In this document: positions 50,582 to 60,189 of the stretch, one piece after another | Position numbering within the stretch: the stretch's first letter is position 1 | Layout: each line of letters begins with the position of its first letter | Source: Oligoflexales bacterium | Lineage (GTDB): Bacteria > Myxococcota_A > UBA9042 > DTJE01 | DNA length: 64,000 nt | NCBI GenBank assembly: GCA_012840965.1 | Contig: DUVQ01000121.1 | Location: 14,907 to 78,906 of the forward strand | Reading direction: 5' to 3' | Made by a program: the position numbers and the translations under genes | Notes under the pieces: generated by a model | Seen by the model: the letters and a program-made list of their open reading frames with translations, nothing else | What the model was told of the DNA's origin: nothing | Databases searched by the model: none

Positions 50582-51326
50582 CTGAATAAAGTCCTGGTTT
50601 TTTAAGGACTAATTTTTCGCCCAAAGTTAGAGCTCCTTGTGCGAAGGCCATTCTCGATGAGGCCCTGTGAGTAATCTCGATTCGATCATGTGGCCCCAGG
50701 AAATAGATGGTGTGATCCCCGACTACTTCACCCCCTCGGACTGATAACAAGCCAAGTTCGTTGTCCTTTCTGGCTCCGGCGCCCCTGTTTGTGACTACCT
50801 GCAGGCCATTGCCAAGGGTTGAAGCCAAGGACAAGGCCGTCCCAGATGGGGCATCCTTTTTGTGGCGATGGTGTATCTCAACTATTTCCACGTCATACGT
50901 TGGACCCAGGATCTCCTTAGCCTTGGTGGCCAATTCATGCATGGCAAGGACGCCAATGCTGGTGTTCGCAGCCCACAAGACTGGGATTTTTTGGCTGGCG
51001 ATTTTGATCCTTTCATGGTCTTGCTCGGACAAACCTGTAGTCCCGCTTACCACTGGAATATTCAGGTCCGCCATGGTTTCGATGAAGCTAACTGACGCTT
51101 CGGGGGCGCTGAAATCAATGGCTAGATTTCCATTTAAGGACTTCCAGGAACTTGCATCTGAAGAACTCAAAATAGTTGTGGGGCCAAGTGGGGTGTTTTG
51201 GATAGTGCCAACATCTGGATGATTTGGTGCCTCTATAGCAGCTGCCAACTGGAATTTTCCTGCGGCGGCCTCCATAATCATTTGCCCCATCCGCCCCATT
51301 GCACCGTTTATTATTAATTTCAACAC
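50565..51326 (-). CDS. dapB: 4-hydroxy-tetrahydrodipicolinate reductase
   Basis: GAMGRMG, IDFS, GTTG, EIHHRHKKDAPSGTA, RGGEVVGDH. Confidence 0.95.
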   Translation of the reverse strand: MLKLIINGAMGRMGQMIMEAAAGKFQLAAAIEAPNHPDVGTIQNTPLGPTTILSSSDASSWKSLNGNLAIDFSAPEASVSFIETMADLNIPVVSGTTGLSEQDHERIKIASQKIPVLWAANTSIGVLAMHELATKAKEILGPTYDVEIVEIHHRHKKDAPSGTALSLASTLGNGLQVVTNRGAGARKDNELGLLSVRGGEVVGDHTIYFLGPHDRIEITHRASSRMAFAQGALTLGEKLVLKKPGLYSVRDLF

Positions 51327-51353
51327 CTTTTTACTCCTGTCAGTGGCGTCAAT

Positions 51354-52382
51354 TTACTGGGCCCTAGCTTTAAATATTGCTTCAGCTTCAGCTACTGTCC
51401 TTTCGACTAGCTCTGAAACTGTTGGTAAATCCTGGATCAACCCAGCGATTTGCCCAATGGGCAGTGCCCCCTTGTCCAAGTTGCCATCAGCACACGCTAA
51501 TTCAAACCCTTTAAAGGCATTAGCCATGAAGGCCATCTTTTCGATGTTTTTTGGGCCTGATGCTGCCACACCCAAAGCTAGTTTCAAGTATGGAACATCC
51601 ATCATTTCAGCTATTTGTCGCGAATTTAGGAAGGCCCTTGGCAGATCTAGGCCTCGTTTGACCGCCTTTTGCGCACCTGGGGCCTTCAAAATCCTGCAGG
51701 GCTGACCATCGAACCTTGATGAATAGATCGTGTCATAGGGGCTAGCCTTTAATGCGGCATCTTTGGCGGCTTGGGCAACTGGGCTTTCTTTGGTCAGCAT
51801 CAGCCTAGTTCCCATCGCCACACCTTGGGCACCAAGGGCTAAAGCCGCAGCAAGTCCTCGACCATCGGCAATTCCACCAGCAGCGACCACCGGGATGGAA
51901 ACAGCATCGACCAGAGTTGGCACCAAAACCATGGTGGTGACATCGCCACCGTGAGCGGCGGCCTCGTGGCCTGTCACCAGCAAGGCATGGGCACCCCAGC
52001 TTTCGGCAGCCTTAGCATGTTTTGCATTGACAACGGTGGCAATAACCCTGCCGCCATACGATTTTGCAGCATCAACAATCCAATCACCCTTTCCCATGGA
52101 CACGTTTATTATCGGGACTTGTTCATCCAGCAGGACCTGTGCGTTTTCGCGAGCCCCCGGGAAATAGAGGGTGGCATTTGCACCAAAGGGTTTGTCGGTC
52201 AGTTGCCGAATTTTGCGAACCGCCTCTCTGGTTTGCTTGGCCCCATAAACACCAGTAGCCAAGATTCCAAGGCCACCAGCGTTGCTTACTGCAGCCACCA
52301 TTTCTGGGGTGCTGACCCAGCTCATTCCAGACAGCAGAATTGGATGTTTGATACCGAATAGTTCAGTGATTTCTGTTTTCAC
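51354..52382 (-). CDS. Nitronate monooxygenase / FabK-like FMN oxidoreductase
   Basis: AVSNAGGLG, TDKPFGAN, GHEAAAH, AAGGIADGRG..GTR. Confidence 0.85.
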   Translation of the reverse strand: MKTEITELFGIKHPILLSGMSWVSTPEMVAAVSNAGGLGILATGVYGAKQTREAVRKIRQLTDKPFGANATLYFPGARENAQVLLDEQVPIINVSMGKGDWIVDAAKSYGGRVIATVVNAKHAKAAESWGAHALLVTGHEAAAHGGDVTTMVLVPTLVDAVSIPVVAAGGIADGRGLAAALALGAQGVAMGTRLMLTKESPVAQAAKDAALKASPYDTIYSSRFDGQPCRILKAPGAQKAVKRGLDLPRAFLNSRQIAEMMDVPYLKLALGVAASGPKNIEKMAFMANAFKGFELACADGNLDKGALPIGQIAGLIQDLPTVSELVERTVAEAEAIFKARAQ

Positions 52383-52451
52383 AGGAGCCTCCAGGCAGGG
52401 TTCCAGGGCCTAGGCTAAATGTTTAGCGCTGTGTTGTAAATGGAATTGTGC

Positions 52452-52499
52452 GGGGCGGGGTGGGGGAGGCGGGGCCGGGAGCGGGGGCAGGGGCGGGGG
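52452..52499 (+). repeat. G-rich tract, G-quadruplex-capable
   Basis: ggggcggggtgggggaggcggggccgggagcgggggcaggggcggggg. Confidence 0.8.
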
Positions 52500-54512
52500 C
52501 TATTGGCAGGGCTGTACTTGGCTTCTTCTTACCGGCCTACATTCGTTGCCAACCTTGCTACAGGCGATAACGACAGTGCCAGTTTCCCCGCATTCTGGAA
52601 GGGGCTCTAGCCAGCCTTCAAGGTGAAGACATACAATTGTCCCCTCCAAACCGGTTTCTTTCCTGCAGTAGCCAGGTGAATACAACTCCTGCATCGTTTC
52701 TTTGCCGTCACAGTCGTAGTCGAAGTTGTTGCAGTTGTTTTTTGTGGCAAAGAAATCGGTGACGCCCCTATGTACCCTTGAGTCAAGGTCACAGCAATCA
52801 GTTGAGCTGGCCACGTACCCCGCTGGAGGTGTGTCTCTGCATTCACAAGCACTTGGCTCATTAAGTGCTCCGTATCCATCGCCGTCTCTATCTCGGTAGT
52901 AGGTTTTACATTTGAGCGAGCCCGGTTCGTCCGTCTCTCCGTCACAGTCGAGGTCTAGGCCAGAGCACATTTCAGGTCTTGCCTCATATTTCTGGGCGCA
53001 GTTGAGTGCACCGTCTATACAGGTCCACGTGCCCCATTGGCAAATACCAGGCTTACCAGTCTCACAATCTCTGCCATCTTGTGAAAAACTCTCGTCCGTT
53101 TCCCCATCGCAGTCGTTATCTAGGCCATCGCATTCTTCTGTCTCGACATCTTTTATCGGCCAACACCAAAGTTTACCACCTGAACAGTACTGCCTGCCGT
53201 ATTTACAAACACCAAGCATACCTGTGTCACAGTTTTGGCCATCATCAGAGCTATCTTCGTCTGTCTCCCCATCACAGTCGTTGTCTAGGCCATCACAGAC
53301 TTCATGGGACGATGGTGTTTTCGGTTCGCAAGCCAGTGATCCGTTTCTACACACCCGCTTGCCGTCTTTGCAAACACCATCCAAGCGTGTGTCACAATCT
53401 TGGCCATCTTCTGGAAAACTTTCGTCCGTCTCCCCATCACAGTCGTTGTCTAGGCCATCACAGATTTCATGGGACGATGGCGTTTTCTGTTCGCAAGCCA
53501 GTGCTCCGTTTCTACAGACCCACTTGCCGTCTTTGCAAACACCCAGTTTACCGGTGTCACAATTCTGGCCATCTTCAGGAACATCTTCATCAGTCTCGCC
53601 ATCACAGTCGTCGTCCAAGCCATTGCACTTTTCCACAGATGCCTGCGTTGTCTGGGTACAGACGAATGCCCCCCTAATACAGACCATGGTAGCCGCGCTA
53701 CAAACACCCAACTTGTCAGGAACTAGAACACAATCTTGACCACCCCCAGGGTTGTCTTCGTCAATTCGACCATCGCAGTTGTTGTCTTTACCATCGCAGA
53801 TTTCTTCAGTCGGTTGCTTAGTTTGGTTGCAAACAAGAGTTCCATCTTTACAAGTAGTTGTGCCAATTGCGCAGACCCCCTGCAATTCTGTGTCACAATC
53901 CTGACCACTCTCAGGATTGTCTTCGTCGGTCTGGCCATCGCAGTCATTGTCTTTGCCGTCACAAATTTCATCAGTTGGGTCGCCAGGAATGCATTCATTT
54001 AGCACACCATCGGTACATTTCGCGACTTCCCTGAAACATTCTCCGATGCCACAAGTTATGGTCTCACCATTGTCGGCCGGGGTGTTGGTACAGCCTGATT
54101 CGGGCTTGCAACTATCAGCCGTGCAAGGGTTTTTATCGTCACAATCAATAGCCGGGCCACTTATGCACTCACCATCCAAGCAAGTGTCCGGGCCGGTGCA
54201 CCGATCTCCATCAGAGCATGGCGCATCATTTTCCAGCAAGACTTCCGTGCATTCCTTATCAAGGCATTTGAACACGTGGCACTGCTTTGGCTGTTTGTCG
54301 CAGTCTTGATCAAGCTCACACGCGACAGGCTCGGTACTGTCATCATCTTCAAACGCGCCATCATCTCCGTGCTGGCCGCGGTCGTGTTTTGCATCTGTGG
54401 CCGATTTTGAGTCCAGGTCCAGGGCATCCGAATTATTCAAGTCACCACCCCCCTTACATCCCAAGGCCAAAGTGGCGACTATCAAAGGCAACAATGCTAA
54501 GCGCGGCTTCAT
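52500..54512 (-). CDS. Cys-rich lipoprotein with many MopE-like (EICDGLDNDCDGETDE) repeats
   Basis: Lipobox ALGC, about 7 ExCDGxDNDCDG units, YRDRDGDGYG. Confidence 0.85.
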   Translation of the reverse strand: MKPRLALLPLIVATLALGCKGGGDLNNSDALDLDSKSATDAKHDRGQHGDDGAFEDDDSTEPVACELDQDCDKQPKQCHVFKCLDKECTEVLLENDAPCSDGDRCTGPDTCLDGECISGPAIDCDDKNPCTADSCKPESGCTNTPADNGETITCGIGECFREVAKCTDGVLNECIPGDPTDEICDGKDNDCDGQTDEDNPESGQDCDTELQGVCAIGTTTCKDGTLVCNQTKQPTEEICDGKDNNCDGRIDEDNPGGGQDCVLVPDKLGVCSAATMVCIRGAFVCTQTTQASVEKCNGLDDDCDGETDEDVPEDGQNCDTGKLGVCKDGKWVCRNGALACEQKTPSSHEICDGLDNDCDGETDESFPEDGQDCDTRLDGVCKDGKRVCRNGSLACEPKTPSSHEVCDGLDNDCDGETDEDSSDDGQNCDTGMLGVCKYGRQYCSGGKLWCWPIKDVETEECDGLDNDCDGETDESFSQDGRDCETGKPGICQWGTWTCIDGALNCAQKYEARPEMCSGLDLDCDGETDEPGSLKCKTYYRDRDGDGYGALNEPSACECRDTPPAGYVASSTDCCDLDSRVHRGVTDFFATKNNCNNFDYDCDGKETMQELYSPGYCRKETGLEGTIVCLHLEGWLEPLPECGETGTVVIACSKVGNECRPVRRSQVQPCQ

Positions 54513-54611
54513 CGCGGTTCCTCGGAACATGATGCTGGCGATTTTATAATCCATCCTTCGAGGATGCAATAAATCGGGGTGGTTAATAGCGAAAATTTTG
54601 TGAGGCGGAGC

Positions 54612-54683
54612 GGGGTGAAGGGGGCAGGGACAGGGGCAGGGATGGGGACAGGATCAGGAACAGGAACAGGAGACAGGGCCAGG
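54612..54683 (+). repeat. G-rich hexamer tract (GGGGCA/GGGACA/GGAACA)n
   Basis: Same unit family as the tracts at 10057 and 18380. Confidence 0.8.
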
Positions 54684-54836
54684 AAAGGCTCAAGCTCAGT
54701 TTCACCTTTTTGCACTTTTGTGCAGTTTGTTAGCTTCATTTGCTGTTGGGTGTGGTAGAGTCTGGCTACACCACTGTTCCTGCCATCCCGGCGGTTCGAA
54801 CGGGTTCCGCTTTTAAACACATTTTGGGGGTTTTCA

Positions 54837-55871
54837 ATGATTCGAGTCATTCAATGGGGACTTGGCGCCATGGGTAGTGGCATGGCCAAATTGATTTTGG
54901 AAAAGGATGGCTTGCAGCTGGTTGGCGCCATCGACACCAGACCTGAATATGCCGGCAAAGACGTCGGCAGTGTCTTGGGGCTTGGACGTGAACTCGGGGT
55001 CGAGGTCCAAGCCACCCCAGACGGCCTGCTTGATCCCGATGTGGCCGATATAGTCGTCATTGCAACCACTTCTTGGACTGCCCAGCAAATGCCCCAGCTA
55101 CGCCAGATTCTAGGCAGTGGCCTCAATTGCATCTCAATCGCCGAAGAAATGGCCTCACCTGAAGCTCAAAGTCCAGAATTGGCCACCGAACTTGACCAAC
55201 TGGCAAAAGCAAACAACGTTTCAGTTTTGGGAACTGGCGTCAACCCTGGTTTCGTCTTGGATCTACTTGTGGTCACTCTCTCCGGAGTTTGCCACAAGGT
55301 TGATCGCATCGAGGCCAGCCGCGTCAACGATTTAAGCCCTTATGGGCCAACAGTTATGGCGACCCAAGGAGTCGGAATCACCCCTGAGGCTTTTAAAGAA
55401 GGCGTCGCCAACGGCACCATCGTCGGCCACGTCGGCTTCCCCGAAAGCATCAGGATGATCTCGGACGCCCTTGGCCTAGGTGTTGATCGCGTTGTTGAAA
55501 CTCGTGAACCCATCGTGTCCAAGGTCCTGCGTGAAGCCGCCCACGTGACGGTTCAGCCCGGGATGGTCGCTGGATGCAAGCATATCGCGGTCGGATACGC
55601 AGGTGATAAGGCGGTTGTCAAACTGGTTCACCCCCAGCAGGTCCATCCGCATCTGGAAGGGCAAAGCACTGGTGACTACATCAACATCTATGGAACGCCA
55701 GATATTGTGATGTCCACCGGACCTGAAATTGCCGGTGGAATTGCAACCCAGGGGCTTGCAGTAAACATGGTTCCACATGTAGTCCAAGCAAGCCCAGGTT
55801 TAAAGAATATGTTGGACCTGCCGGCCCCAGCGGCGTTGATGGGGGCAAGCGCGTACAGGCGCAGAGTTTGA
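54837..55871 (+). CDS. ord: 2,4-diaminopentanoate dehydrogenase
   Basis: WGLGAMGSG, SIAEEM, LGTGVNPGFVLD, RVNDLSPYGPTVM, GHVGFPES, HPQQ; cluster context. Confidence 0.92.
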   Translation: MIRVIQWGLGAMGSGMAKLILEKDGLQLVGAIDTRPEYAGKDVGSVLGLGRELGVEVQATPDGLLDPDVADIVVIATTSWTAQQMPQLRQILGSGLNCISIAEEMASPEAQSPELATELDQLAKANNVSVLGTGVNPGFVLDLLVVTLSGVCHKVDRIEASRVNDLSPYGPTVMATQGVGITPEAFKEGVANGTIVGHVGFPESIRMISDALGLGVDRVVETREPIVSKVLREAAHVTVQPGMVAGCKHIAVGYAGDKAVVKLVHPQQVHPHLEGQSTGDYINIYGTPDIVMSTGPEIAGGIATQGLAVNMVPHVVQASPGLKNMLDLPAPAALMGASAYRRRV

Positions 55872-55885
55872 ACAAGGAGGGCGAC

Positions 55886-56197
55886 GTGGCTGTAGTCAAT
55901 AAAGGAACTTGGGTTGAGATTGAATCGGTGGTTTTAACGCCTGAAGAAAGGGCGCCTGGGATTCCGCCAGAAACTGCAAAGTGCCCCTTGGTTATGAAGG
56001 TTTCCGGGTTTTTGGCCAATGATGCCTCGCTGGGTGACGAAGTTCGCGTTTACACCATGATCGGGCGCCAAGTTAAGGGACGTTTGGCCACGATTAATCC
56101 TGGATATGACCACAGCTTTGGGTCCACGGTGTCAGAACTGCTGCAAATTGGACGGACACCTGATGTGCCTGCACAACAAGGAGGCCAAAATGACTGA
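55886..56197 (+). CDS. ortA: 2-amino-4-ketopentanoate thiolase alpha subunit
   Basis: KGTWVEI..LTPEERAP..PL..NPGYDHSFG. Confidence 0.9.
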   Translation: MAVVNKGTWVEIESVVLTPEERAPGIPPETAKCPLVMKVSGFLANDASLGDEVRVYTMIGRQVKGRLATINPGYDHSFGSTVSELLQIGRTPDVPAQQGGQND

Positions 56198-57605
56198 TCA
56201 CAGCTACCAAGCGGTTTTAAAACGAAAAAACCAGATCATGAAGGCCAGCCTTGGAATCGACTTTGATTCCTATGAAACCAGCCCAATCGCCTTTGATTAT
56301 GAAAAACTGATGCTTGACACTGGCTATTCAATTGAAGAAATCGCCGCAATTCAGGCCAGATCAAAGGTTGGAAACACCCCCCTTTATGAATTGACTAGGC
56401 TGACTGAACTTGTGCGCCAAACTACCGCCCCTGGTAAAGGTGCAAGGATCCTGCTTAAAGATGAGGCCGCAAATGCATCTGGGTCTTTCAAGGCTCGCAG
56501 GGCAAGTATCAGCATTCACGAAGCCAAAAGACTTGGGTTTAAAGGCGTTATCGCCGCAACTTCTGGAAACTATGGAGCGGCTGTAGCCAGCCAAGCGGCT
56601 ATGCATGGTCTAAAGTGCATCGTAATTCAGGAAGTGTTTGACAGTAAAGGGGTTTGTCAGCCTGAAATCATTGAAAAATCCAGGGCTTGTGAGGCATATG
56701 GCGCGGAAGTTCAAAGGCTTTCTGTCGGGCCAGAACTGTTTTATGTCCTTTTAAAGACCTTGGAAGAAACAGGCTTTTTTAACGCCAGCCTTTACACTCC
56801 GTTTGGGATCAGGGGGGTCGAAACTCTGGGCTATGAAATCGCCCAGCAGGTTCGGGCCAGGTACGGCAAGGCGCCTGAAGCCGTAGTTGTTACACACGCA
56901 GGTGGAGGCAATCTGACTGGTACAGCAAGGGGGCTGTTGGCGGCCGGGTGCAAGGACACCAAGGTAGTCGCCTGCTCAGTCGATCTAAAAGGCCTGCACA
57001 TGGCATCGGACATCGACTTCAACAAAAAGAGCTTCACCACCGGCCACACTGGCTTTGGGGTTCCTTTCGCCACATGGCCAGATCGGGTTGACGTCCCAAG
57101 AAACGCCGCCAGAAGCCTGCGCTATATGGATGAATACCAGCTGGTCAGCCAAGGTGAGGTGTTTTATGTCACCGAACTGCTGGCAAAGCTAGAGGGGCTT
57201 GAGCGCGGACCCGCCGGGAACACCAGTCTGACCGCGGCAATTACCTTGGCAAGGCAGATGGACCAGGATGAGATAGTTGTAGTTCAGGAAACCGAGTACA
57301 CGGGCGCTGGAAAGCACCACAACAGCCAGTTGTCCTTTGCCAAGCAAAACGGAATCGAGATCCTGGTTGGTGACCCGTCCCAGAACATCCCAGGCAAAAA
57401 CATCATCCTGCCCAGAAGTCTGGATGATGTCAGAGGGCGACCTCAGGACATGGATCGCCTGAGGCTGTCTTATCTGAAAAACGCCGACAAGGTTCACAGT
57501 TCGAACAATTGGAACGCAGGTGATATCGAGTTTCTGGCATCTGACCTGAAAACAAGTTCCAGTTGGGTAAGGGACGCAATAAGAAACGGCTTTAAGGGGA
57601 CATAG
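56190..57605 (+). CDS. ortB: 2-amino-4-ketopentanoate thiolase beta subunit (PLP)
   Basis: KDEAANASGSFKARRA, ATSGNYGAA, GLERGPAGN, QETEYTGAGKH. Confidence 0.93.
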   Translation: MTDHSYQAVLKRKNQIMKASLGIDFDSYETSPIAFDYEKLMLDTGYSIEEIAAIQARSKVGNTPLYELTRLTELVRQTTAPGKGARILLKDEAANASGSFKARRASISIHEAKRLGFKGVIAATSGNYGAAVASQAAMHGLKCIVIQEVFDSKGVCQPEIIEKSRACEAYGAEVQRLSVGPELFYVLLKTLEETGFFNASLYTPFGIRGVETLGYEIAQQVRARYGKAPEAVVVTHAGGGNLTGTARGLLAAGCKDTKVVACSVDLKGLHMASDIDFNKKSFTTGHTGFGVPFATWPDRVDVPRNAARSLRYMDEYQLVSQGEVFYVTELLAKLEGLERGPAGNTSLTAAITLARQMDQDEIVVVQETEYTGAGKHHNSQLSFAKQNGIEILVGDPSQNIPGKNIILPRSLDDVRGRPQDMDRLRLSYLKNADKVHSSNNWNAGDIEFLASDLKTSSSWVRDAIRNGFKGT

Positions 57606-57614
57606 GGGGCTTGG

Positions 57615-57965
57615 ATGAGTAGCGACAGGCAGCAGACGTTTAAGCAGCGACAGCTTGATAAGCTGACAGATGAGCAGCTAAAGGAACGCTTTTGGCAGCT
57701 TACCAATCAGATTGTTAAACCAATTGTTGAGCTTGCAAAAACTCACACAAGCCCATCCATTGAGCGGTCGATCTTGCTTCGAATGGGCATTGATTCGGTG
57801 TCAAGTCACGGCGTGGTGCAAAGGATTTTGGATGCTGGGCTGCTTGGAAAGGGGGCTGGGCACGTCCTTTTGAAACTGGCTCAAAGGCAAAACATCGACG
57901 TGCGAGCCGCAGCCCAACTTATTCTGGATGATGCCAGTGTTTTAACAGGGCTTTTTAAATCGTAG
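57615..57965 (+). CDS. oraS: D-ornithine 4,5-aminomutase S subunit
   Basis: RFWQL..HTSPSIERSILLRMG, GLLGKGAGH. Confidence 0.92.
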   Translation: MSSDRQQTFKQRQLDKLTDEQLKERFWQLTNQIVKPIVELAKTHTSPSIERSILLRMGIDSVSSHGVVQRILDAGLLGKGAGHVLLKLAQRQNIDVRAAAQLILDDASVLTGLFKS

Positions 57966-57974
57966 GGGGCCGTT

Positions 57975-60173
57975 GTGAAAAAACCGATAAAGCCCGAAGA
58001 AAAACTAGATATAGAGGACCTGGTTCATGGGCTTGAAAACTACCACCCACCTAGAAAGGGATGGACTTGGCGAATAAAACCTGCTGATGGCGTGGAAATG
58101 GGCCCCTTTCACTTTAAGGATATGTCCACTCCTTTAAAGAAATCAATAGGTTTGCCGGCATCTAAGTACTTTGATTTTATCGATCCTCAGCCCTCCTGCG
58201 TGGTTACAACCGAGATTGCCTCGGGACGATTTGAAGACGACATTCGTAGGATGCGCATGGCGGCTTGGCATGGTGCTGACCATCTGATGGTGATTAGAAC
58301 CACTGGCCAAAGCCACATCGATGGGCTGTTGGAAGGGACCCCAGAGGGGATTGGCGGTGTGCCAATAACTAGGAAGCAGATTCGAGCCAGCAGAAAGGCG
58401 TGCGATCTGATCGAAGAAGAGGTGGGGCGTCCGATAAATTTCCACAGCTATGTGTCAGGGGTGGCAGGCCCTGAAGTCGCGGTTTTATTTGCTGAAGAGG
58501 GTATAAACGGCGCCCATCAGGACCCTCAGTACAACGTTTTGTATCGAAACGTGAACATGTATCGCTCGTTTGTGGATGCAGCCGAGGCCAAGCATGTGAT
58601 GGCTGGGGCCAGGATCTTCCAAATTGACGGCGCCCACAACGCAAATGCGACTGCTAAGGCTGGCTGGTTGGTGATGCCAGAGTTGATGGTCCAGCATGGC
58701 ATTAACTGCGCTTTTTCAGTGGCCGCTGGAATGGATAAGCAGTTGATTGGCCTTTCAACGGTGCCTCCAAATTCGCCGCCTGCCCCCAAGTTGTGGTACG
58801 ACCTGCCATATGCTGTGGCGCTTCGGGACTTCTTTTCCGAGTACAAGATGAGGGCCCAGCAAAATACCAGGTACATCGAGGCCGATATTGAAGAGGCCAT
58901 TAGAACCCACACGGTGGACACCCTGATTTCGATGCTTACCAGGGCAGACGTGCAAAGCACCATCACCCCTGATGAAGGGCGAAATGTGCCGTGGCACTAC
59001 AACAACATCCGCGGGGTCCAGACCGTGAAGCAGACTTGGGCCGCTTTGGATGGGATAAACGAACTGCTGACGCTGCGCTATGACGGTCCCCTTGGGGAAA
59101 TGGCAAGGGACATCAAGGAAAGGGCAGTTGGCTTTTTGGAGGAAATCATTGAGGTTGGCGGCTATTTTGCGGCGGTTGAAAGGGGCTTTTTCGTTGATTC
59201 AGCCAAGTATCCAGACCGAAATGGCGATGGGATAGCCCGCGATGGGGCAGGTGGGGTGGGGGCCGACACCTTGGTGCCAAGGGACCCAGACTACATGGCC
59301 CCAGTGTGTGACCACTTTGGCAATAATGCGTTGCCCGACGGTTTGAACAAGCCATGTGACCTGATAGGCGGCTGCACGTTGTGCGACCCATCTAAGATCG
59401 TTTTCATCGATGAACTGGACCCTGACGACAACTGCCACAAACGCCTGGAAACCACCCGCCCATATCGTACTGGAGGCAAGATCAAGCCTGAGGTAGAGTG
59501 GGCTGGTGATGGGATCGTTTTGGTACAGTTGTTTGTCCCTGAAAATGAAGATATCGCCCCAGTTTATGCTGTGGAAATGGCCAAAAAGATGGGGCTTGGC
59601 GACCCAGAGGTCATCAATATCCAGGTCATGCATCCCAGTGAAGGCTGCTTTGTGGAAGTAAAGGGCAGGGTCGATTTTGAGATAGACAGAAGCAGCCTGA
59701 AGATCCCTGAAAAAGAGGTCATGCTGCCCGAAGATGAACTGCGGCGGGTGGTAAAAGAAGTTGGCCTCAAAGTCGTTGCTGGCACTGTTGGCGAAGATGA
59801 ACACAGCGTTGGCTTAAGGGAAATCTTGGACATCAAGCACGGTGGAATCGAAAAATATGGCGTGAAGTACCACTACCTGGGGACGTCGGTGCCTGTGGAC
59901 AAGCTTGTGGATGCAGCCATCGAAACTGGCGCTCATGCGATTTTGATATCCACGATTATCAGCCACAACGATGTCCACCGCGCCCAGATGAGGAAGCTTG
60001 CAGAACTCTGTATTGAAAAGGGAATTCGAGATAAAGTAATCCTGATTGCAGGTGGCACTCAGGTGAACCGGGAAATGGCAAAGGAAACTGGCCTTGATGC
60101 AACCTTTGGACGAGGCACAAAGGGTGTGCACGTGGTGAACGCCATGGTAAAAGCATTACGCTCGATGCGGTGA
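57975..60173 (+). CDS. oraE: D-ornithine 4,5-aminomutase E subunit (AdoCbl + PLP)
   Basis: EIASGRFEDDIRRMRMAAWHGADH, EDEHSVG (B12 His) and DIKHGGIE (PLP Lys). Confidence 0.95.
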   Translation: MKKPIKPEEKLDIEDLVHGLENYHPPRKGWTWRIKPADGVEMGPFHFKDMSTPLKKSIGLPASKYFDFIDPQPSCVVTTEIASGRFEDDIRRMRMAAWHGADHLMVIRTTGQSHIDGLLEGTPEGIGGVPITRKQIRASRKACDLIEEEVGRPINFHSYVSGVAGPEVAVLFAEEGINGAHQDPQYNVLYRNVNMYRSFVDAAEAKHVMAGARIFQIDGAHNANATAKAGWLVMPELMVQHGINCAFSVAAGMDKQLIGLSTVPPNSPPAPKLWYDLPYAVALRDFFSEYKMRAQQNTRYIEADIEEAIRTHTVDTLISMLTRADVQSTITPDEGRNVPWHYNNIRGVQTVKQTWAALDGINELLTLRYDGPLGEMARDIKERAVGFLEEIIEVGGYFAAVERGFFVDSAKYPDRNGDGIARDGAGGVGADTLVPRDPDYMAPVCDHFGNNALPDGLNKPCDLIGGCTLCDPSKIVFIDELDPDDNCHKRLETTRPYRTGGKIKPEVEWAGDGIVLVQLFVPENEDIAPVYAVEMAKKMGLGDPEVINIQVMHPSEGCFVEVKGRVDFEIDRSSLKIPEKEVMLPEDELRRVVKEVGLKVVAGTVGEDEHSVGLREILDIKHGGIEKYGVKYHYLGTSVPVDKLVDAAIETGAHAILISTIISHNDVHRAQMRKLAELCIEKGIRDKVILIAGGTQVNREMAKETGLDATFGRGTKGVHVVNAMVKALRSMR

Positions 60174-60189
60174 ACTTGGTGGGGGTTTT

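Noticed and set aside
54690-54836. Cobalamin or other riboswitch upstream of ord
   Set aside because: Only a small hairpin (ggtgtgg..ctacacc) is present; no B12-box or other recognisable aptamer motif.
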